A stretch of 64,000 bases of DNA, from positions 4,201 to 68,200 of the forward strand of contig JAMDAA010000022.1 in NCBI GenBank assembly GCA_023484045.1, read 5' to 3'. Shown here piece after piece: positions 50,630 to 59,150 of the stretch. The stretch is from Patescibacteria group bacterium. Its GTDB lineage: Bacteria > Patescibacteriota > Microgenomatia > Levybacterales > UBA12049. Under the pieces are notes generated by a model. It was not told where the DNA came from, searched no databases, and was given only the letters and a program-made list of their open reading frames with translations. How positions within the stretch are numbered: the stretch's first letter is position 1; each line of letters begins with the position of its first letter. The position numbers and the translations under genes are program-made.

Positions 50630-53600
50630 TTAAACCTTCTTTTTCGCTTTAATTAATAAAACAACTGTAATAAGAATGATAAACGCCATTATTCCGATGA
50701 CTGATATTACTTGTGGATTAAGAAAAGCGTTTGTTTGCTTAACTTGAATGTTTAAATCAAATTCTTTGACATCTCCAGTTAGGTTTACTGTTTGTTCTCC
50801 TTGATAGTTAGCATAAGCAATGTTTATTTTATGTTGACCAGATTCCACATTAGAAAACTGAGCAATTCCGTTTTTATCGGTTGTGGTTTCTTGAACTTTT
50901 GAATGAATAGTAACTTTTGCACCTGGAACAGGTCTGTTTGTCGTATCCACAACCTTAATTTTGACTGTATAGCCATTTTGTTTAACAGCTTGTTTTTCTT
51001 CTTCTGTTTGAGCTGGAACAGTTTTTTGTTCGGTGATCTTAGTTTCTAAATTTCCATTGAATAGACTCTGTAGTGGAGCTGGCAAGTTGTTGTTTATTGA
51101 AAGATAAAATACAGGTTGAGTATATGTGTTTCCTGCACTATCCTTTAGTGCAATTGTACTTTGGTAATGCCCGTCAATTAACGGGAATGGAACAGTAATA
51201 TAAAATCTGGATGACTTTTTGTCGTTTGAACTGTCTTGAATGTTGGACAAAGAATAATCTTGGGTTAAATAGTCAGCATAAGTTTTATCGTCTTTTTGTC
51301 TTTTTAATGTCAGCGTAAGTGTTTGTGGTCCAGACGAAACTTTATCAAAAGTATCGGTCGAATTATTACTATTTGTCTTTATTGAACCCTGATAACTGTC
51401 GACTGCTAATCCTGAGAATGAAGGTGTTCGATTTAAAATACTTATGTTGTAAATTCCTCCGGAATTCACTATCGATACATTTGCAACGGCTAACTCTGAA
51501 ATAGCAGGTGAAGTTTTGTCAATATAAAAATCGGCAGATTGAGAAGTTGAATTAGATTGAGCATCATAAGTAGTAACTGTCCAAGTATGTTTTCCCTCAG
51601 TCAGTTCGGTATTGTTTAAATCTTTAAAGTAAACATGAATTTCGTCGTTTGAACTATCACTATCATTTTCGTTTATGAACTCGATTTTTACAGAGTTGTC
51701 ATCTTTCCATACATAATCGGCTGATCCATTTCCTGAAGTTGGAATACCAGAAGTTGAAAGGCTACGGTTCTTTCCTGAATCTAACGATACAGAATATGAG
51801 GATAAACCACTTCCAGAATCAGAAGACTTTTTGAAAACTAAAGTGGGTTTTGTATCTTCTTTGCTAAAACCCGTTGGAGAAGATAGGGATCCAGCCGTGG
51901 GTGCAGTTGTATCAACTCTAAAATCTGGACTGCCTCCCATGGAAACCCACGATCCGTTACCTGCTGAATTATTAATCCTTGCCTGCCAATGATAGGAAGT
52001 TCCGCTTGTTAACCCGGTAACTGTTACGCTTCCGGTTACGGCTGTTCCCGTAAAAGCGACGGCACTCCCCGTATTTGTGACTGAATTAGTGAAAGCGGTT
52101 CCGTTTGGCTGTATCTCTATTTGAGGAGTAAGGGAATCAGAAGAATTACTTGATGACATGTTAAACTTTAAAATAATTGTTCCTTCGTTTGTATATGCTC
52201 CTGAGGAAATTGCTGTTGTTCCATCTGTTTTATATTGAGCCAATGCGGAAGGTGCCGAGGGCAATATAAACTCATAGACTCCATCATCAGGGGCAGAACC
52301 CTGTGGAACTATTGTTCCGGCAAAATCTGAAGTAAGACTTAAATCCGTACCAGCATTAATTGCCGGGCTAGAAGATGTTAAATGAAAATCTGAACTACTT
52401 CTATTCAAAAATGAAGGTTCTACAAAAGTGCTATGACTATCCCATCCTGTATCTGTTTTCCAGGTTGCGAAATCAACAAATGCGTTATTATATCTAAATT
52501 GACCCTGTGCTGAACCATCTGTGTAGTAAATATTGTAATCAACATCGTTATCGCTCGCTGTATTATTGAGGTCGTCGCTAGCCCTAGTATTATACGCAAA
52601 GACATTATTTCGGATTACTACTCCACTAACAGTGGTTATTGTACTTCCTGGGCCAAATACAAACCCGTGCATATTACCATAACTGGTATTGTTATAAATA
52701 TATGAAACCCCATTCGCTCTTAAATGTTCTTCTACCCATACTCCATTCCAACCCGCTCCATAAGTTATGTTGTACCGAAAAATAAAACCGTTAGAGTTTA
52801 CGTCAAAATGAGCATTGCTCTTATAACCATTGTAAAAAGTGTTCTTTTCAACTAAGGCGTTGATTGTATCTCCCGTATATAAGTTATCACTCCAATCAAG
52901 AAAACCTTGGTTATCATTTAGAGTACTTCCTGTAATTATTGGAGCTGACAAATGGTTAAGCCAAACTCCGATTTGACCAATACTTGTATGATCTAGACCG
53001 TTGTTATAAACATGACTGCCATCTAAGCGAAAACCAGTTGATCGATAACTTGAGCTTTGACCTTCGATTCTAAGTCCAAAAACACCGTTATGATCAATAT
53101 CTGACGAATAAATTTTAAAGTTACTTATTGGGGTAAAATTAGTTGCGTAACTCATCCAAACTCCAGTGTAGTAGTTATTAGTGATCTTCATATTCTGAAG
53201 AGTTATATTTGAAGGTGTGTTCCAGGTTGGTTTTAATCCAAAACCTCTGCCGTACTGTCCGCCTGCTCCGTCAATTTGAAGTCCGTTAAAGGTTATATTA
53301 GATCTGTCATCACAAGATACAACATCATATCTGGCTCCAATTTCCATAGTGTGTGTTGAAGGATTTGCCCCGTCAGAAGCCCAGTAATACACAATATGAG
53401 CAGTGCTGTCATAGTAAAACATTTTTGCGCCTGTTATTGCCGCCAAACTTCCCACAGGTGTAGCCATTACGTTGTCTTCCAGAAGAAGATAAATACCAAT
53501 AGATGCCGTGTAGCTTGCTTTATAAATATTGCCACTTTGCAAACTCCAACCAGTAACAAGATCGGTCCCTGTGATACGGGTTTGGAAGCTGATGCACCGT

Positions 53601-53980
53601 AAGAGTTGTAGGTAATGGGGTTACCTGTGGAACCACCAGTATTTACATACCAAGTTTCTCTCCAAACATCACCTTTCTTTAGTGATACTTGATCTCCAGC
53701 AACAAAACCAAACCCAGCCAGTTTAGCCATCGTTTTAAATGGTCCTGTGCTTCCAGTTGTGTGAGTCTGTTCAAGCCCGTCATAAGAATCATACCCATCA
53801 GTTTGACTAACGTAATAAGTTGCAGCAAAAGCTTTAGTATTTACAACGAAGAATAATGAAACGAATACTAATAGAGAACAAAAAGTTTTTAGGAGAAAAT
53901 TTAGCCGCGGCCTTTTACTCTCTCTCTCTCTCTCTCATTTTTGATCCCGAAGTTGGGAGCAATTTGTTTAAACATAACAT
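50630..53980 (-). pseudogene. Large surface right-handed beta-helix (pectate-lyase-like) protein, out of frame at two sites
   Basis: Signal peptide + ATYYVS, beta-helix repeats, DFHLTSSSPAINAG, Ig-like domains, C-terminal TM; (AG)9 tract at 53918-53935 and a 1-nt frameshift near 53577. Confidence 0.75.
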
Positions 53981-54120
53981 ATTAGATGTGTGAAATTATA
54001 TTTCCCCTACTATTACTATTAAATATAGAAACAATTTCTAGCAAATGCAATAGATAGTTAAGCTTAAAACGTGCCTATTTTTGCTATTGTTTTCTTTTTC
54101 TGTTTTTTGTATATTAAAAA

Positions 54121-54208
54121 TGGACTCAGTTTTGACGGATTGTGTTTTTTAATGGCGCAATCGGACAGATAGGACACAATCCTAACTGAGTCCACCGGTT
54201 GCGCCATT
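54121..54208 (+). ncRNA. Predicted pseudoknotted RNA upstream of the integrase
   Basis: Three complementary pairs in H-type topology with G-U wobbles on the + strand. Confidence 0.45.
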
Positions 54209-54284
54209 TAAGTATTAAAAACTATAGGGAAAAAGTTCTTTAAAATTTTTGCGTTTTTTCTTTAGGATTCGAGCTGACAGTTTT

Positions 54285-54526
54285 CGGAGGCGCGGCGGGT
54301 GGAGGCGCCGCGCCGAAAGCGAAATAGCGACGAAGCGAGGACGGCGAAGCCGGACGAGCGAGGAGCTGACGCAAGACGTAATTAATTTTTAAAATAGGTT
54401 CGAATTTTTTCGTAAACGTTCACCAGTAAAGAAATTGAAGCAGAAGTGGGGGCAGCGCGAGCCGCGCCCCCAATCGCGGCGAGCGCTGCAAAGGGATATT
54501 TTAACGCTGGCCGGAGTTGCCGGTTA
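54285..54526 (-). repeat. Internal inverted intact attP copy (242 bp)
   Basis: 54285-54423 = reverse complement of 47847-47985 (one mismatch); 54420-54526 = reverse complement of 56009-56115. Confidence 0.92.
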
Positions 54527-54614
54527 GAATGAAAGGACAGAAGAAAAAACGCAAAAATTAACAAGGTAGAATTTTAAAGAACTTTTTAAGAGTACAAAAG
54601 TACTAAACTAAAGT

Positions 54615-56276
54615 ATGAATAAATACATAGCATATTGCCGAAAATCAACCGACGAGAAAGACAAACAGGTGTTATCTATTGAAGCGCAAATTGCAGAACT
54701 CAAAGAATTTGCTAAACGTGATCATTTAGAAGTTGTTGAATTTATTACCGAAGCCAAAACAGCTAAAATGCCAGGGCGTGAGCAATTTGCGCTAGTCTTA
54801 AAGAAAATTGAAAAAGGAGAAGCCCAAGGCATTATAAGTTGGCACCCAGACCGTTTAGCCAGAAATTCAATAGATGGAGGTAAAGTTATCTATTTATTGG
54901 ATACCGGAAAGTTAATAGATTTGAAATTTCCGTCTTTTTGGTTTGAAAATACTCCCCAAGGAAAATTTATGTTATCCATTGCCTTCGGCCAGTCAAAATA
55001 TTATGTGGATAATTTATCGGAAAATGTAAAGCGTGGTAATCGCCAAAAACTTCGTCGTGGTGAGTGGCCTTCAAAAGCACCATACGGATATATTAATAAT
55101 CCTAAAACCAGAGCCGTTGATGTTGACCCCGAATTATCCAAAGTTGTTAAAAAAGCTTTTCAGCTTTTTTCCGAAGGCAATAAGTCGTTTACGGAAATTT
55201 CAAACTTTATGTTTAAGTTTGGGATGAAGCGGGAAAGTTGTGGGAAACCGATTAAAGTTGATCAAATAAAACGGATGTTATCAAACAAATTTTATGTAGG
55301 AATTTTAAAGTATGCCGATGAATATTATGAAGCTTCCCATAAATGTTTCATCTCCAAACAACTTTTTAATGATGTCCAAAAGCAGGTGGAAAAAATCTTG
55401 CGTCCTAGGCAACACGGCCACGATTTTGCTTTTTCCGGTTTAGCCACTTGTGGAGAGTGCGGCGCCGCAATCACGGCAGAACAACACGTAAAACATTACA
55501 AAAATGGTAAATCCCAAACTTTTATCTATTACCGCTGTACTAAAAAGTTAAAGCCCTGTACACAAAAGTATTTACCAGAAGGTGATTTAGAAGAGCAATT
55601 AAAAAAAGTGGTGGGTGATTGCGGCTTGCACCAGGATTGGGAACCCTATTTTGAAAAATGGATGGCCGAAGATGAGAAAAAAGATCAAGCTAATTCAGAC
55701 ACAGAATTAAGAAGGCTTGGCGAGAACCAAAAGGAAATTGAAACAAAACTTAATCGCTTACTTAATGGTTATTTAGATCAAGTGGTGGAACCGGAAGTTT
55801 ACAAACAAAAGAAAAATGAATTATTTGACGAAAAACTAAAACTTACCGAGCAAATTGCCAAAGTTTCAAAGATTGGTTCGTCTTGGCTCGAACCTATGAG
55901 AGAATTCGTAATTAGCGCCTTGCAGGCGCAAAAAATCGCGCGCGTAAAAAATGAGTGCCATGATTTGGCGATCATGGCAAAAACTGTCGGCTCGAACTAT
56001 TCTTTATTTAACCGGCAACTCCGGCCAGCGTTAAAATATCCCTTTGCAGCGCTCGCCGCGATTGGGGGCGCGGCTCGCGCTGCCCCCACTTCTGCTTCAA
56101 TTTCTTTACTGGTGAGCCGGACAGGATTCGAACCTGTGACCAATTGCTTAAAAGGCAACTGCTCTACCGCTGAGCTACCGGCCCGCCCACCACGCAAGCC
56201 GAGCATTGCGAGGCGTTGCGGGCAGGCCCGCTCGCCCCATCTTCACACTCAACTTTTGCAGCTTTTTAAATTCTAG
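54615..56276 (+). CDS. Large serine recombinase (integrase)
   Basis: YCRKST catalytic Ser, DRLARN, recombinase domain, CGECG..YYRC zinc ribbon, coiled coil; tail reads antisense through the tRNA. Confidence 0.95.
   Translation: MNKYIAYCRKSTDEKDKQVLSIEAQIAELKEFAKRDHLEVVEFITEAKTAKMPGREQFALVLKKIEKGEAQGIISWHPDRLARNSIDGGKVIYLLDTGKLIDLKFPSFWFENTPQGKFMLSIAFGQSKYYVDNLSENVKRGNRQKLRRGEWPSKAPYGYINNPKTRAVDVDPELSKVVKKAFQLFSEGNKSFTEISNFMFKFGMKRESCGKPIKVDQIKRMLSNKFYVGILKYADEYYEASHKCFISKQLFNDVQKQVEKILRPRQHGHDFAFSGLATCGECGAAITAEQHVKHYKNGKSQTFIYYRCTKKLKPCTQKYLPEGDLEEQLKKVVGDCGLHQDWEPYFEKWMAEDEKKDQANSDTELRRLGENQKEIETKLNRLLNGYLDQVVEPEVYKQKKNELFDEKLKLTEQIAKVSKIGSSWLEPMREFVISALQAQKIARVKNECHDLAIMAKTVGSNYSLFNRQLRPALKYPFAALAAIGGAARAAPTSASISLLVSRTGFEPVTNCLKGNCSTAELPARPPRKPSIARRCGQARSPHLHTQLLQLFKF
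56110..56184 (-). tRNA. tRNA-Lys(TTT) with encoded CCA
   Basis: Cloverleaf; anticodon arm GTTGC-CTTTTAA-GCAAT. Confidence 0.96.
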
Positions 56277-56501
56277 TTTTCAAAAATTTTCTTCCAAATC
56301 CAGTTTTAAAATATTTTTCTCTTTTAATCGCCTTTTCTTTATCTAAGCACGCTTCGTAATATATTAGTCTTAAAGGTAATCTGCCTTTTGTTGCTAAGCT
56401 TTTTCTTTTTCTGTGAACTTCTAACCTTTTCTTTAAATCTTCTGTATATCCAGTATAAAGCTTACCGTCTTTTTCACTTTTAAGAACATATGTATAAACA
56501 T
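56266..56501 (-). pseudogene. GIY-YIG nuclease, frameshifted just after the ATG (absent from the ORF track)
   Basis: YTYVLKSEKDGKLYTGYTEDLKKRL..REKYFKTGFGR; ATG-to-stop length is 236 nt. Confidence 0.8.
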
Positions 56502-56699
56502 TACCTTTTCTCGTGATTATATCAATTTATATGTATTATTGACAAGTTCGATCGAGCTAATATAAACTAAATCTGTTTTATAAAATTAAATAAGGGGGCA
56601 GAATGTCCCCGAAGCTTGTGCCTAAAACAGGTGTTTATAAAAAAATTAGGAGTGAATCATCATTCACTAAAGTTTTTGATGCGTGAAAGGGGGTGAAAA

Positions 56700-57359
56700 A
56701 TGACAGATATTGGACAAACGTTGCTAGCATCTTTAAATAATGGACTAGCTGCGGTCGTAAGCTTTATTCCTAAATTCTTTGCCGGAGTAATAATATTAAT
56801 ACTCGGCTTTGTTGTCGCGTCGATCGTAAAACAAATCGTAATTCAAATAATAAAAGCGCTAAGAGTCGAGGCCTTACTTAAAAAGTACAGTGTTCCGGAG
56901 GGAAAAGAGGAATTTAACTGGGCGAACATTTTAGCCGAAATCGTCCGATGGTTTATAATCATAATATTTTTGATCCCGACGGCTGACGTTTGGGGACTTC
57001 CCCAAATCGTCACGGTTTTAAACACGTTTTTGCTGTATTTGCCAAACGTGTTCGTCGCGGCGATCATCGGTCTTGTCGGTTTTGTGTTTGCGCAGCTTGC
57101 TTACGATATAATGCTCGCATCGACCAAAAGTATTTCGTCAAACACTTCTAAAACTATTGCGTCCTTCACAAAATGGGCGATAACAGTTTTTGTGATTCTG
57201 GCGATTCTAACACAACTTGGGGTCGCAGCAGATTTAGTCAGAATTTTATTCACCGGATTAGTCGCGATGCTTGCGATCGCTGGCGGTATTGCGTTTGGTT
57301 TGGGCGGAAAAGACTCTGCTAAAAGTGTAATCGAAGAAGTACACAAAAAACTTAAATAA
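56700..57359 (+). CDS. Conserved TM-helix-repeat protein (CmpX/mechanosensitive-channel-like)
   Basis: FIPK / YLPN repeats, IAFGLGGK. Confidence 0.8.
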   Translation: MTDIGQTLLASLNNGLAAVVSFIPKFFAGVIILILGFVVASIVKQIVIQIIKALRVEALLKKYSVPEGKEEFNWANILAEIVRWFIIIIFLIPTADVWGLPQIVTVLNTFLLYLPNVFVAAIIGLVGFVFAQLAYDIMLASTKSISSNTSKTIASFTKWAITVFVILAILTQLGVAADLVRILFTGLVAMLAIAGGIAFGLGGKDSAKSVIEEVHKKLK

Positions 57360-57446
57360 ATTGAACGTATTTAGGTTTTAGGATATAATATACGAACGCC
57401 GCGTTCGTCTAGTGGCGGTAATTAGGTTTTTCCCGAGACAATTTTT

Positions 57447-57520
57447 GGCGCGTTCGTCTAGAGGCCTAGGACAGATGGTTTTCATCCATCAAATCGCGGG
57501 TTCGAATCCCGCACGCGCTA
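57447..57520 (+). tRNA. tRNA-Glu(TTC)
   Basis: Cloverleaf; anticodon arm GATGG-TTTTCAT-CCATC; TTGAAC-17-TATAAT promoter at 57361-57389. Confidence 0.93.
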
Positions 57521-57894
57521 CACTTCGGCAGGCTCAGTGCAAGCAATATGAATAAGCCTCAGAGTTGGTATCTTTACATGCTTCTTTGCGATCAGAAATC
57601 TTTTTATGTTGGGATTACTCCTAATCCGAAAGAAAGAATAGCCGAACATAGAAATAAAGAGTGCATCGCGACGAAAGAATTTTCTGATTTTAAAATGGTT
57701 TATTGTGAAAAGTATTTGAATAAATTTGAAGCAGTAAAAAGAGAAAAACAAATTAAAGGTTGGAGTAGAACAAAGAAGCAAATGCTTATTGAAGGAAAAT
57801 TAGGGATAAATACAAGCACTGAGTTTGTCGAAGTGTAAAGAGGATGAGAAGTTTACTCTGAGCGAAGCCGAAGAGAATCCCGCACGCGCTACCA
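57521..57894 (+). mobile_element. GIY-YIG mini-cassette at the tRNA-Glu 3' end
   Basis: Inverted arms 57521-57540 / 57816-57835; tRNA 3' end duplicated at 57875-57892 and completed to CCA. Confidence 0.8.
57548..57838 (+). CDS. Stand-alone GIY-YIG nuclease (UPF0213-like)
   Basis: WYLYML..FYVGIT..RIAEH..REKQIKGWSR. Confidence 0.92.
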   Translation: MNKPQSWYLYMLLCDQKSFYVGITPNPKERIAEHRNKECIATKEFSDFKMVYCEKYLNKFEAVKREKQIKGWSRTKKQMLIEGKLGINTSTEFVEV

Positions 57895-57973
57895 TTACTG
57901 CCTAACCTTCTTGACATTCGTTTTTAAATCTCCATATACTGATAAAGATCTTATTTTTGAAAGGGGGTGAATT

Positions 57974-58396
57974 ATGGAAACAATACCTACAGATATTCAA
58001 ATTCCGACCGGGCTTCCCGAAAATATTAATCCGGCTACAGTCGCAGGTTTAGGATTACTCGCCGGTATTGGAATAACGGTGTATTTAGTAGTTATTCTCG
58101 CGGCATACATTTATCTTGCAATTTGTTTAATGACCATTTCCAATAAAACAAAACTGGGTACAGGTTGGTGGGCGTGGATACCGATTTTAAATTACGCTTT
58201 AATGCTTAAAATCGCGAAAAAGCCGATGTGGTGGATAATTTTACTTTTAATTACACCCATTAATTTATTTTTCTTTATCTGGATTTGGATGAGAATCGCG
58301 CAAGCCGTTAACAAACCAGATTGGTGGGGAATTTTAATGTTAATTCCGGTATTCAATCTCTTTGTTCCGGGTTATCTTGCATTCTCTAAAAAATAA
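57974..58396 (+). CDS. DUF5684-like membrane protein
   Basis: WWAWIPILN, KPMWW repeats. Confidence 0.75.
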   Translation: METIPTDIQIPTGLPENINPATVAGLGLLAGIGITVYLVVILAAYIYLAICLMTISNKTKLGTGWWAWIPILNYALMLKIAKKPMWWIILLLITPINLFFFIWIWMRIAQAVNKPDWWGILMLIPVFNLFVPGYLAFSKK

Positions 58397-58401
58397 TATT
58401 T

Positions 58402-59106
58402 TTAAACGATATTATTTTCGGAGACCAGACGAAAATATTCGTGTCGAAATTTTAGAAGATTGATTCGTTTTAAGAAACGTTCCCAATCTTTGTGTTGTGT
58501 TTTGTGACATTTAAGTGCCTTGATTTTGATATTGATGGTATTTTTGATATTAACAGTTGTCGTAATAAGTTTATCGTCTGTACCTTCAACTTTACCAAAT
58601 ACATTATAAGATAGGCCGCTTTTGTTGAATTGTTCGATTAATGATTTCGGTGTTACGGTGTAATAAAGCCTAACGTGCTTGTCGGATATCTTTTGGTATT
58701 CAAAAAAGGCTATTGTCGTGCTTTTGTGCATTTGAATGTGATCGGGATGCTTTGAACCACCTTCTTCATTAAATGTAATCACAGCATCGGGTTTTTCTTT
58801 TTTAAAAATCTCTAAAACTTTTTTTGCGATAGTTTTTGAGTCGATTTTATGGAGAGTGCCATCGATCAGTCCTAAAAAGTAAATCTTTGATATTCCTAAA
58901 ATTTTTGCGGCATTTCGTAACTCTTTTTCGCGAATTTTTCCGAGCTTTTCTTTCGTTGTAAGCGGAGGGTTCCCGACTTGACCAGCTTCTCCCTTAGTCG
59001 CAGTAATAAGTTTTACAGACACTCCGCGATTTGTCAGATAAGCTATTGCCCCGCCGCTTGAAAAAGATTCGTCGTCGGGATGGGCAAAAACAAAAATTAC
59101 TTTCAT
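58402..59106 (-). CDS. PIG-L family deacetylase (MshB/BshB/Mca-like)
   Basis: AHPDDE, TKGEAG, RxxEL, GGSKHPDH, HKTQ. Confidence 0.9.
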   Translation of the reverse strand: MKVIFVFAHPDDESFSSGGAIAYLTNRGVSVKLITATKGEAGQVGNPPLTTKEKLGKIREKELRNAAKILGISKIYFLGLIDGTLHKIDSKTIAKKVLEIFKKEKPDAVITFNEEGGSKHPDHIQMHKSTTIAFFEYQKISDKHVRLYYTVTPKSLIEQFNKSGLSYNVFGKVEGTDDKLITTTVNIKNTINIKIKALKCHKTQHKDWERFLKRINLLKFRHEYFRLVSENNIV

Positions 59107-59150
59107 ATTTATATTATATCATTTACAATATGTAATTAAGTTAACAACAT

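Larger units (their letters stand above)
47847..56115. mobile_element. Large-serine-recombinase integrative element (~8.3 kb) at the tRNA-Lys(TTT) 3' end
   Basis: GTGA core at both ends; the joined ends reconstitute the integrase C-terminus and match the internal attP copy. Confidence 0.85.

Noticed and set aside
54382-54564. 60-aa ORF as an independent gene
   Set aside because: It is the inverted copy of the integrase 3' end and attP, reported as a repeat instead
47481-56128. 20-bp tRNA duplication as the attL/attR of the serine-recombinase element
   Set aside because: The internal attP copy places the junction at GTGA 47847; the 20-bp duplicate belongs to the GIY-YIG cassette
57521-57875. 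Group I or other tRNA intron carrying a homing nuclease
   Set aside because: The tRNA is already complete upstream and the non-coding part is too short for a ribozyme core
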